NCBI GenBank assembly: GCA_022750335.1
Contig: JAKIVX010000006.1
Span: 12,976-76,975, forward strand
Reading direction: 5' to 3'
Length of the DNA stretch: 64,000 nucleotides
Source: Thermoplasmata archaeon
Lineage (GTDB): Archaea > Thermoplasmatota > Thermoplasmata > Lutacidiplasmatales > UBA184
Shown: in pieces, positions 50,124 through 58,917 of the stretch
How positions within the stretch are numbered: position 1 is the stretch's first letter
Layout: every line of letters starts with the position of its first letter
Position numbers and translations under genes: made by a program
Notes under the pieces: model-generated
Seen by the model: the letters and a program-made list of their open reading frames with translations, nothing else
The model's database searches: none
Told to the model about the DNA's origin: nothing

Positions 50124-50717
50124 CTAGGCGCTGACCGCGACCTTCGGCCCCTGCGTCGCCGACCCCGTCGGTGCGGGGCGGGTGAACTCCGCGATCCGGG
50201 CCCAGCTCGGGAACCGGGTCTCGATCAGGTGGTCGAGGCTCCACTTGCTCGGTCCGTACGTCGCGTTGATCAGGATGAGCGCCAGGAAGAGCATCGCATA
50301 CATCGCCCCGGTGCCGATGTCCGTCGCGCCCGGTCCGTACGGTCCGCCGAACCCTTCAGGGACGGCCCAGATGAACAGGCTCAGGATCGCCCCGCCCACG
50401 TAGGCGAACTTACGCATGAACCCGAAGATGAGCGCGAGGCCCAAGGCGACTTCGAGCGAGCCGACGAAATAGGCCCAGAACACCGTGTTGCCGTTCACCT
50501 GCGTCGCCCAGAAAGAGAACCATCCTTGGAGCCACGCGGGTTGCCCGTTCCCGGTGATCGCACCGGAGAATGCGGCGGCGAACCCCGAAACGAACTTGAG
50601 TGCCCCGTCGATCAGCCAGATGACGCCGAACAGAATTCGGAAGACGGTCTTCGTCACATGGGCGTTCCGTGGCCACCATCCCTCGAGTCGGACCGTCGTT
50701 ACTGCGTTGCTCTCCAT
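50124..50717 (-). CDS. DoxX/DoxD-like membrane protein
   Basis: RILFGVIWLIDG.LK, EVALGLALIFG, PEGFGGPYGPGATDIG. Confidence 0.8.
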   Translation of the reverse strand: MESNAVTTVRLEGWWPRNAHVTKTVFRILFGVIWLIDGALKFVSGFAAAFSGAITGNGQPAWLQGWFSFWATQVNGNTVFWAYFVGSLEVALGLALIFGFMRKFAYVGGAILSLFIWAVPEGFGGPYGPGATDIGTGAMYAMLFLALILINATYGPSKWSLDHLIETRFPSWARIAEFTRPAPTGSATQGPKVAVSA

Positions 50718-50834
50718 GCGGGGCACCGAACGGCCCACTCCGCCCGACATCTATGAACGCCCCGTAAACTGGGATTCACGAGTGGGAGCCGTTCGGGCCG
50801 AACGGACGGGACCGGTCCGGGGGCCGACAGGAGT

Positions 50835-51593
50835 TCAGTAGCCCCGGAACATTTCGTAGTCCACGTCGCCCTCCAGGACCCCGAGCGGTCCGCCGAGCAT
50901 CGTCAGTATCTCGCTGACCATCTCGGGAAGTCCGACCACGTAGTACAAGGGGCGCCCCAGGGAGCCCGCCACCGTTCGGATCCACTCCGCGTCGATCCGG
51001 CCGACCCGGCCCCCCCACGGCGTCGTCGATTCGGCGGGGCGCGTCACCGTGTAGTGGACCTGGACCTGCGGCGAGGCGCGGGCGAACTCATCCAACTCGT
51101 TTCGGAACACGAGCTCTTCCGGGACCCGAGCGGAGTAGAGGAGCCGCTTCGGGGAGGTGTCCCCGGTGTCGCTCGCGAATTTGAGCATCCCGCGGAACGG
51201 AGAGATCCCAATCCCGCCCGCGATGAAAACGCTCGGCCGGGACCCGTCGAAGAGGAAGGAGCCGAGCGGACCGTACACCTCAGCGGGGGCCCCCGTCTCG
51301 AGGCGGGAAAGGGCCTGTTTGAACGGCGTGTCGGTGATCTTGCAGGTGACGGAGATCCGGTCGGTCTCGGTGGGGCTTGACGATAAGGAGAAGGACCGAA
51401 CAGCGCCCCAGGGATCGTCCACTCCTGGGAGCGAGAGCCGGACCGCCTGGTTGGACAGGTAGTGAAACCCGGAGTCCTGCGTAGCAAAGTCGAACGTCAT
51501 GACCGTAGGGGACTCGCGTCGCTTCGCCAAGAGCGGCAGGATCACGCGTTGCGGTTTCGGGAGCGTCGGGGGGGCACCGGCGATGGGTAACAC
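50835..51593 (-). CDS. FNR-like FAD/NAD(P)-binding oxidoreductase
   Basis: RSFSLSS, GPLGSF, IAGGIGISPF, YEMFRGY. Confidence 0.9.
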   Translation of the reverse strand: MLPIAGAPPTLPKPQRVILPLLAKRRESPTVMTFDFATQDSGFHYLSNQAVRLSLPGVDDPWGAVRSFSLSSSPTETDRISVTCKITDTPFKQALSRLETGAPAEVYGPLGSFLFDGSRPSVFIAGGIGISPFRGMLKFASDTGDTSPKRLLYSARVPEELVFRNELDEFARASPQVQVHYTVTRPAESTTPWGGRVGRIDAEWIRTVAGSLGRPLYYVVGLPEMVSEILTMLGGPLGVLEGDVDYEMFRGY

Positions 51594-51790
51594 GCTCCCT
51601 TCGAGCGGCGGACCCCCTATAACGAGGGGTTCTCGAGAGCCCGACTCACAGTCGTACCTGCGCCCCTACGGTCGAGGTCCACGAGGGCGCCCGTTCTTCG
51701 GCGCGCCGCGTCCGGAGCCCCTTCCCCCCGGCGGACCCTCCGAGCCCAGCCTTCATATCCCGGAAACATACGTTCTCCTCCCGGTCGAGC

Positions 51791-52219
51791 ATGAACCCCT
51801 CGGCTCCGTACTACCAACCGTCCGGACCCTACCCGCCGGACCGTCCGCGCCGGGTTCACTGGTTGCCCATCGTCCTTGCGGCCATCTTTGTCGCCATCGC
51901 CCTCCTGTTTCTCGCGATCATCGCGGACCCCGGCCTGTTCGGCCTCTCCTCGCCGACCTACTCGGGCCGGTACGGCTTGTTCGGCGGGTTCTTCGGCCTC
52001 TTCTTCATCCTCATCATCGGGTTCTTTATCGTGCGGGTCGTGTTTTGGAGCACCCGCACGGGCCGATACGGCGGGCGGAACCGATACGGGCCTCCGGGGG
52101 GCTATGGGCCGAACCGACCCCTGATGGTCGCCCGGATGCGCTACGCGCGGGGGGAGATCACGAGTGAGCAGTACAACCAGATCGTGCAGGACCTGAACCG
52201 ACACCCGGGCCCACCCTAG
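51791..52219 (+). CDS. SHOCT-domain membrane protein
   Basis: Two TMs, C-terminal RYARGEITSEQY. Confidence 0.85.
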   Translation: MNPSAPYYQPSGPYPPDRPRRVHWLPIVLAAIFVAIALLFLAIIADPGLFGLSSPTYSGRYGLFGGFFGLFFILIIGFFIVRVVFWSTRTGRYGGRNRYGPPGGYGPNRPLMVARMRYARGEITSEQYNQIVQDLNRHPGPP

Positions 52220-52282
52220 CCGTTCGGCCCGGAAACGTGCGTCGCCCCCTCCGTCGACCGCGTGAGGGTTCGCTGGCCCCGA

Positions 52283-53119
52283 TCACTTCCGATGCGCTTC
52301 CATCCAACCGACCGCGTAGTCCACGAGGGTCCGTTGGTCCATCAGGCGTCCGCGGCCTACCCCGACCGGCCCGGTCCGCACCGAGCCAGTCTCGGACTCG
52401 AACCGCTCGCCCAGCGTTCCGAAGTCATCGCTGTTGAGGTCGAGGTCCTTCATCGAGATCTCGACGAGGGCGCCCTTCCGGAGCACGCGCGCCCGACGAT
52501 TCTGCTCGGAGTGCTTGCCGGGCCAGTGCGCCCGGTACTCCGCGAGATGAATCGAGCTGTTCGACGAGTGATCCACCCCCAGGAGGAGGACCCCGCCCCG
52601 AAGTTCGTAGAGACGCGCGAGCGGCGACCCTTCGCCCATGCTATCGTCGAGGGCGTGATTCTCGAGGAGACGGAGGGCGTTCGGTCCCCGGGCGCAGAAC
52701 GAGTGGTTCGGGTGGTAACTCCGCACACTCCCGCGCTGGTGGCGAAAGGTCTCGGGGATCGTTCCGAGGCGGAGCGGAGGAGAAAGGTCGGGGTCGAACG
52801 GAGGCCACTCCGAACGGATCGTCTCCCACCAAGATTCGGGTACCGGGGGGTCCTTCCACAAGGCCGGTTCGGGCGCGTTCATCGAGTACGCGGGCATCAT
52901 GAGGGTCCCGCCCTCACCCAGGACTTCCTCGAGGGCGAGCACGACCGCCTCGGCACCTCCGACCACCCAGCCCAGGGCGCTGAGGGAGGAGTGTACGAGC
53001 ACCGTCGCCCCCGACTCGAGGCCGAGCTTCCGAAGATCCGAACCCAGGCTGGAACGTGTCGGAGGCGGGCCGGGGGTTTTCGCAACGGAGGAGGCCTCGC
53101 CCCGGTGTGGGTCCGTCAT
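52283..53119 (-). CDS. AAC(3)/YokD family N-acetyltransferase
   Basis: VLVHSSLS, GTLMMPA, RSYHP, SPLARLY, LLLGV, HLAE. Confidence 0.92.
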   Translation of the reverse strand: MTDPHRGEASSVAKTPGPPPTRSSLGSDLRKLGLESGATVLVHSSLSALGWVVGGAEAVVLALEEVLGEGGTLMMPAYSMNAPEPALWKDPPVPESWWETIRSEWPPFDPDLSPPLRLGTIPETFRHQRGSVRSYHPNHSFCARGPNALRLLENHALDDSMGEGSPLARLYELRGGVLLLGVDHSSNSSIHLAEYRAHWPGKHSEQNRRARVLRKGALVEISMKDLDLNSDDFGTLGERFESETGSVRTGPVGVGRGRLMDQRTLVDYAVGWMEAHRK

Positions 53120-53221
53120 TCCGCCCACGTCTATGCTCCGCGTCCTATGACACTGAGGGTACCCGGGCCACGAGGTCGAGGGTCTCCGCTGCGCTCGACG
53201 ATGCTTCGGGGTGGGAGCTGC

Positions 53222-54343
53222 TTAGCCGGTCGTCGGCGGTTCGGAGAGCGTGCTCCGCGCCACGATCGCGCTCGGGTGCCGCCACCAGTAGTAGAGGATC
53301 ACACCCACCACGACGGCCCGGACGTAGATCGAGAGCCCCATCATCCACGACGGGACCGCGAGGACGAATCGGCCCCCCTCGAAGTAGGTCACGATGTTCG
53401 ACCCCTCGAATCCCAGCTGGCCGGAGATCCAGGGTCCGAGCGCCTGGTGAAACCCGAAGATCAGGTTTCCGATGAAGTAGTACCCCACGTCGTTGAACAG
53501 GGAGACGAGGAGCCCGAGACTGGTCGCGAGCGGCCAGGAGGACCAGCCCTCGAACACGATGAGCACACCAAACGGTGCCATGTAGGTGAGCAACAGCCAC
53601 AGGCCGTAGCCGGGCACCTCCTTGCCGAACAGGTCGATCCAGTTGATGAGGATGAGACCGTAGAATGCTGAGAACAGGACCAGTTTGAGCAGCACGAACT
53701 GCCGTGGGTCGGTGGGGTGGAGGCCCGCCACGATGGTCTCGATCCCGCTGATCATGAGGATCACACCCACCAGGATCGCGAACGCAGCAATCGCGAACCC
53801 GTAGAACGCCACCGCGACCGCGACCAGCACGACGCTCAGGATCCCCGTGGTGAGGGAGGACCGTCGGAGCCAGAGGGGCAACGTGAGGCCATTGGACGCG
53901 AGGATTCGGCCGAACCCGAGCGCGACGAGGGCGAGGGCGAGCAGGAACACCGCCGCCGTGACGGCCAATTGGGGGTCGAGCCCCGCGAAGACCGCGAGGG
54001 TGAGCGCGACCAGCCCAATCCCTACCGTCCCCAACGGTTGCAAGAAACGCCAGCCGGACCGCAACTCCCGGAGCCGGGATCCCTTCGGAGGGAACAGTCG
54101 ACCTCCGGCGAGGACCGTCTGGGCCGAGACGAACCCGACGGCCGCGGCCAACAGGTAGGTGAGGCCGTCGAGCGAAAGTCCCGGCTGGGCCAGCACGACG
54201 ATCGCAAGCCCCGCCGAGCAGAGACCCAAGAACACCTGGGCGATGCGACCCAGGTCGATCCGAAGTTCGTGCGCCTCCGGCGGTTCTTGCGCGGGGGTCG
54301 GCGCGACTGACTTCTCCTCCGGGGGTTCCAGCTCGAGTCGCAT
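53222..54343 (-). CDS. Multi-pass membrane protein (DUF308/HdeD-like N-terminus)
   Basis: About 10 TM; HdeD-like repeats followed by an unknown C-terminal module (INWIDLF, NDVGYY). Confidence 0.7.
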   Translation of the reverse strand: MRLELEPPEEKSVAPTPAQEPPEAHELRIDLGRIAQVFLGLCSAGLAIVVLAQPGLSLDGLTYLLAAAVGFVSAQTVLAGGRLFPPKGSRLRELRSGWRFLQPLGTVGIGLVALTLAVFAGLDPQLAVTAAVFLLALALVALGFGRILASNGLTLPLWLRRSSLTTGILSVVLVAVAVAFYGFAIAAFAILVGVILMISGIETIVAGLHPTDPRQFVLLKLVLFSAFYGLILINWIDLFGKEVPGYGLWLLLTYMAPFGVLIVFEGWSSWPLATSLGLLVSLFNDVGYYFIGNLIFGFHQALGPWISGQLGFEGSNIVTYFEGGRFVLAVPSWMMGLSIYVRAVVVGVILYYWWRHPSAIVARSTLSEPPTTG

Positions 54344-54569
54344 CTGCGTACCGATCGGGAGGTGCGCGAACTGAACACAACGGCCCTTAGAACCTGTGCG
54401 ACGGACCCGACGTGGGAAGATCTCCCGACCCCCGGGGTCGATTCCCCGTTCGACCCGGGGAGGTCACCCGGTTCGAGGCGTGCGGGTCACGGTCCCGTTG
54501 GAAGAGGGGACCGCGGGTGGGCTCATCAATTCTAAGTGGGGCACGAATACACTCAACCCGGAGACCTTC

Positions 54570-55607
54570 GTGGACACCGAACGCTACTCCCTACGCCCCT
54601 TCACGGACTCGGATTACGAAGCGGCCGCCCGCGTCAACCGGGAGGTCGAGCCCGAATTCTACCGAACCGCGGAGGAGAACCGCCACTGGGCCGAGGTCCT
54701 GACGGCTGAGCCCGGTCGCATCTGTCACCGGATCGTCGCGGAGGAGCGCAGGTCGGGGGACGTCGTCGCCCTCGGTGGGCTCGAACATGCGGTGTTCGGA
54801 TACCATCCTCAAAAGTACTGGCTCGTGGTCACGGTCTCTCCCGCGCACCGCGGACACGGGATCGCGACCGAGATGTACTCGATCCTCGAACGGGAGGCTC
54901 TCGCGCGAAACGCGATCTGCCTCTGGAGCGGGGCCCGGGAAGATCACCCGGAGGGGGTGCGCTTTCTGGAGCGCCACGGGTTCTCGATCCAACGGAAGTC
55001 CTGGGAATCCCGCCTGGACCTCACGCGGACCGACCTTGCGGGGATCCCGGATCGATCCGCGTTGCTGCGGGACCGGGGAATCCGATTCACGACGTTCTCC
55101 GAGGAAGGCGCCACCGACCCGGCGGTCCGCCAGCGCCTCTACCGACTTCAGACGATCGCCTCCGCGGATGTGCCCCGCATGGGCGAGTATCGCCCGATCT
55201 CCTTCGAGCAGTTCGTCTCGGTGGACCTCGAGGACCCTCAAACGGTCCTGGACGGACTCTTCCTCGCGGCGCACGGTGACGACTACGTCGGGATGACCAC
55301 CCTGTACCGAGACGGGAGCCGCCCCGAGTCGCTTCGGATCGGACTGACGGGTACTCACCCGGCCTTTCGGAGGTGGGGGATCGCCTCCGAGCTCAAACGG
55401 CGGTCGGTGGAGTACGCCCGGGGGCACGGGTTTCGATATCTCGCAACGATGAACGACTCGCGCAATCAAGCGATCTGGGCAATCAACCAAAAGCTCGGCT
55501 TCGTACGGGCGGCCGCCTGGGTGGAGGGCGAGAAGTGGCTGACCGCCACCCCAGTGAGCGGGAGCTCGAACCCCCCCTCTCTCGGGTCTTCGGGCACAGA
55601 CGTTTAG
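54570..55607 (+). CDS. Tandem GNAT N-acetyltransferase
   Basis: VSPAHRGHGIA and THPAFRRWGIA..LK, N..IWAINQKLGF. Confidence 0.9.
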   Translation: MDTERYSLRPFTDSDYEAAARVNREVEPEFYRTAEENRHWAEVLTAEPGRICHRIVAEERRSGDVVALGGLEHAVFGYHPQKYWLVVTVSPAHRGHGIATEMYSILEREALARNAICLWSGAREDHPEGVRFLERHGFSIQRKSWESRLDLTRTDLAGIPDRSALLRDRGIRFTTFSEEGATDPAVRQRLYRLQTIASADVPRMGEYRPISFEQFVSVDLEDPQTVLDGLFLAAHGDDYVGMTTLYRDGSRPESLRIGLTGTHPAFRRWGIASELKRRSVEYARGHGFRYLATMNDSRNQAIWAINQKLGFVRAAAWVEGEKWLTATPVSGSSNPPSLGSSGTDV

Positions 55608-55630
55608 GAAGCACGGCGAGTCGGTCTCGC

Positions 55631-56053
55631 ATGGGAAAGACGCGCCCGGACCCCCTGCAGCTCCACACCGTTCGACTGCTGGTCAAGGATTTCGACAAGT
55701 CCTGGCGATTCTACCGGGATATGCTCGGGCTCACTCCCAATCACGGGCATGGTCAACCCCCGTATGGGGAGTTCGTGGCGGAGGGGCGCCCGATCGTGTC
55801 AATCTTCGACCGGAAGCTGATGGCCGAAGCGACCGGGCTCGCTTCGGGGCGCTACCCGACGACGAACGTCGGGCGCTCGGCCCTCATCTTTGAAGTGAAG
55901 GACGTGGACGCGGTGGCGGCGGGCCTGCGACGGAAGGGAGTTCGCCTCCTCCAAGGTCCGACCGATCGACCGATGTGGCGACTCCGGACCATCCATCTGC
56001 GGGATCCGGACGGATACCTCGTGGAAATTTACCACAACCTGCCGGCCGCCTAA
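55631..56053 (+). CDS. VOC/glyoxalase family protein
   Basis: RLLVKDF..FYRDMLGL, FEVKDVD, HLRDPDG. Confidence 0.9.
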   Translation: MGKTRPDPLQLHTVRLLVKDFDKSWRFYRDMLGLTPNHGHGQPPYGEFVAEGRPIVSIFDRKLMAEATGLASGRYPTTNVGRSALIFEVKDVDAVAAGLRRKGVRLLQGPTDRPMWRLRTIHLRDPDGYLVEIYHNLPAA

Positions 56054-56093
56054 TTCCCACCGTGGAACGGAGTCCCGCTCGACGCGGGCGACC

Positions 56094-56672
56094 TCACACC
56101 CGGAGGATCAATCGCAGCGACCGCACGAGCTTCCGGCGCGCGTCTCCCATCCGACCTCCTAGCATCACCCGAACGGCCGTGCCCGAGAGCAGCATCAGGA
56201 CGATCTCCGCGACGGTATCCGGGTCCTCGATCTTCGGAATGCGACCTCGATCCTGGAGACGCTTCAGGAACCGCCGCATCAGTTTGAGGTCCTCCCGGTG
56301 ATCGAGCTCGAGGGCCGCCCGGACCTCGGGGTCGCCCGCCGATGCCGCGACCAGGCCATGCCACACTGACGTGTCCGCCTTCCCCGCGAAGATCCGGTCC
56401 AAGGTGTCGGCGAGTCCTTCGGCGATGTCCCCTTCCTCGAGCAACGCGTCCCACTCCGCGACGATCTCGTCCCGCATCTGCCCCTGGATCTGGACCAAGA
56501 GCTGCGTCTTCGTACGGAAGTACAGGTAGAGCGCCCCCTTGCTGACCCCCACTTCCCGCGCCACGTCATCCATCGTGGCGTGGGCGATCCCCTTCCGCAG
56601 GAACACCGTGCGGGCCGCTCGGATGATCCGCTCCCGGGCTTGGGCTTTGTAACCGGCGACGACTTTCGGCAT
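56094..56672 (-). CDS. TetR/AcrR family transcriptional regulator
   Basis: MPKVV, TMDDVAREVGVSKGALYLYF. Confidence 0.93.
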   Translation of the reverse strand: MPKVVAGYKAQARERIIRAARTVFLRKGIAHATMDDVAREVGVSKGALYLYFRTKTQLLVQIQGQMRDEIVAEWDALLEEGDIAEGLADTLDRIFAGKADTSVWHGLVAASAGDPEVRAALELDHREDLKLMRRFLKRLQDRGRIPKIEDPDTVAEIVLMLLSGTAVRVMLGGRMGDARRKLVRSLRLILRV

Positions 56673-56766
56673 CTGCGCACTCAGGTTCGAACCCCGGACC
56701 CGTGCCTCGAGGAGGGAGCCGCGGTACTTCTAGTTACCTTCGCCGGCATTGTGACCGCAAGACTTT

Positions 56767-56787
56767 ATACTGACCGCTGGTCAGTAT
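56767..56787. promoter_or_regulatory. TetR operator overlapping TATA box
   Basis: Perfect ATACTGACC-GCT-GGTCAGTAT overlapping TTTATA (56764-56769) between tetR and the MFS gene. Confidence 0.85.
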
Positions 56788-56831
56788 CGCTGCGTTCCGC
56801 GGTACATGACCGGTCCTGGAGCCCCGACACG

Positions 56832-58430
56832 ATGACGAGTACGTCCCCCGCCCCGAGCGAAACTTCCCACCCGTCGGACGATCCCCTCCGGTTCTCCGGG
56901 ATGTCGCGGATCACGGAGTTCTTCATTCTGGCTTCGGTCTTCCTGGCCATCTTGATGGGCGCGATGGACTCGCTGGTCGTCGCGACCGTCCTCCCGGACA
57001 TCGCCTCCGACCTGAATCAGGTCGACGGGGTGACGTTCGTCGTCAGTGCCTACCTCATCTCCTCCACCATCTCGATTCCGATCTTCGCACGACTCTCGGA
57101 TATCACGAGTCGGCGCAACGTTTTCGTCGCCGGCCTCTCGATCTTCATCGTCGGCTCGGCGCTCGCGGGCCTCAGCCAGAATCTGACCGAGCTCATCGTT
57201 TTCCGGGGGATGCAGGGATTCGGCGGGGGAGGAATCTTCCCGGTCGCGATCGCCATGATCACGGTAATGTTCCCGCCCCAGACGCGCTCGAGGATCACCG
57301 GTTTCCTCAGCGGTGCCGCCGGTCTCGCGATCGTGCTCGGCCCGCTGGTCGGGAGCTGGATCGTCTCGGTCACGACTTGGCGATGGGTGTTCTACATCAA
57401 CCTACCGTTCGGGATCCTGGCCGTCTTCGTCCTGTTGGCCACCGTTGGTCCCCTGCGACCGGCTCGGCCCGGTCGGTTCGACTTCCCCGGGGCCGTACTG
57501 CTCTCGGGATGGGTCGGCGCGCTCATGCTCGCGCTTGTGCAGGTCTCCGATGCCGGCTGGGCGTGGTCCGACCCGCGGATCGTGGGGCTCCTGATCGCCG
57601 CCGTTGTGCTGTTCGCCGCCTTCCTCGGTTGGGAACTTCGAACTTCGGAGCCGTTGGTGCCGTTGCGACTTCTCCGCCGCCGGGTGATCGCTGCAAGCAG
57701 CGGAGCCATGCTGTTCACCGGCGTCGTGTTCAGTGCCCTCATCACCTTCTTGTCGGTGTTCGTTGGGATCGTCCTGCTCCATAGCGGGCCGAACGCGGCG
57801 GGCGACGTTCGGGATATCATCTACTTCCTCGCGGTTCCCCTCATCCTCGGGGCCGCCCTTTCGGGCCAAATCCTGACCCGGGTCTCCTACCGGAACGTGG
57901 TCGCGCCGGGACTGCTCGTGGCCGGCCTCGTTGGATTCCTCCTGACCAACCTAACGAGCTCGGTGCCGCTCTGGTTGCTTGCGTTCGGTTTCCTACCGGT
58001 TGGCGGGATCGTCCTCCCTCTCATCCCGATGGGGTTCGGTCTGGGACTGGGCCTCTCGGCGACGACGATCGCGGTCCAGAACGAGGCCCCGACGGCCGAG
58101 GTGGGCGCGGCGATCGGCCTCACCCGGTTTTTCCAGAGCCTCGGCGGCGCACTCGGCATCTCGCTTCTGACGGTCTTCCAGACCTGGCGGTACCAACAAC
58201 TCGCGGCCGGGGTGACGACCCCGGGAGGTCTCACCGACGCGATCGTCACGACCTACGATGAGATCTTCCTCATCCTCACTTTGTGCATCTTGATCGCCTT
58301 CGTCTTTTCGCTGTTCCTAAAGGGCCGCGTCCCGACCGGGACCTCCGCGCCCCGGCTGGGCCCCTCCGTCCCAGAGGAGAGCCCCCGGGTGGGAGAGGTC
58401 GCCGCCGCCCTCTCGGCCGAGCCCGAGTAG
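56832..58430 (+). CDS. DHA2 (EmrB/QacA-type) MFS efflux transporter
   Basis: D..VV.TVLP, LSDI..RR, FRGMQGFGGG, WRWVFYINLP, EPLVPL. Confidence 0.92.
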   Translation: MTSTSPAPSETSHPSDDPLRFSGMSRITEFFILASVFLAILMGAMDSLVVATVLPDIASDLNQVDGVTFVVSAYLISSTISIPIFARLSDITSRRNVFVAGLSIFIVGSALAGLSQNLTELIVFRGMQGFGGGGIFPVAIAMITVMFPPQTRSRITGFLSGAAGLAIVLGPLVGSWIVSVTTWRWVFYINLPFGILAVFVLLATVGPLRPARPGRFDFPGAVLLSGWVGALMLALVQVSDAGWAWSDPRIVGLLIAAVVLFAAFLGWELRTSEPLVPLRLLRRRVIAASSGAMLFTGVVFSALITFLSVFVGIVLLHSGPNAAGDVRDIIYFLAVPLILGAALSGQILTRVSYRNVVAPGLLVAGLVGFLLTNLTSSVPLWLLAFGFLPVGGIVLPLIPMGFGLGLGLSATTIAVQNEAPTAEVGAAIGLTRFFQSLGGALGISLLTVFQTWRYQQLAAGVTTPGGLTDAIVTTYDEIFLILTLCILIAFVFSLFLKGRVPTGTSAPRLGPSVPEESPRVGEVAAALSAEPE

Positions 58431-58499
58431 CCGACGCTCCGGCCCGGTCGGTCCGTTCAGGGTATATCTCGCCGGGTCCCTCCGGGGCGAGGATTCGAT

Positions 58500-58886
58500 A
58501 TGCCCGCCGATGACGAGACCGTAGTGGCCCAGATGGACATCGACTACCAAGCCGCGGTCGAACGCAACGACGTGACGGCGATGGACCGGATCCTCGCCGA
58601 CGGGTTCGCGCTGGTCGTCGGGACCGGCAAGGTCTTCACGAAGAAGGATTTGCTCGACGAGGCCCGGAGCGGCCGCATGGTCTACGAGCGCCAGGACGTC
58701 GAACAGCGAACCGTACGCCTCTGGGGCGATACCGCGATCGTCACCGCGCTCCTCAACGCGCGCGGTACGGAAGACGGGAACCCGTTCACCTACCGAGTCT
58801 GGTTCAGCGACACCTACATCCGAACCCCGTCCGGATGGCGGTACGTGCACGGCCAGTCGGGCGCCCGTCTGCCGGGCCCACGGTAA
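58500..58886 (+). CDS. NTF2-like DUF4440 protein
   Basis: ILADGF, VRLWGDTAIVT, FSDTY..GWRY. Confidence 0.88.
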   Translation: MPADDETVVAQMDIDYQAAVERNDVTAMDRILADGFALVVGTGKVFTKKDLLDEARSGRMVYERQDVEQRTVRLWGDTAIVTALLNARGTEDGNPFTYRVWFSDTYIRTPSGWRYVHGQSGARLPGPR

Positions 58887-58917
58887 CTCGGCGGGGATCT
58901 CCCGTCCGAGGCGCGAC

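Noticed and set aside
56680-56710. tRNA-like T-loop sequence GGTTCGAACCCC
   Set aside because: No acceptor, D or anticodon arms can be built; it lies in the tetR promoter region
12088-58886. Integron cassette array or CRISPR array
   Set aside because: Genes are in mixed orientation; no repeated attC-like or direct-repeat/spacer pattern, integrase or cas genes were seen by eye
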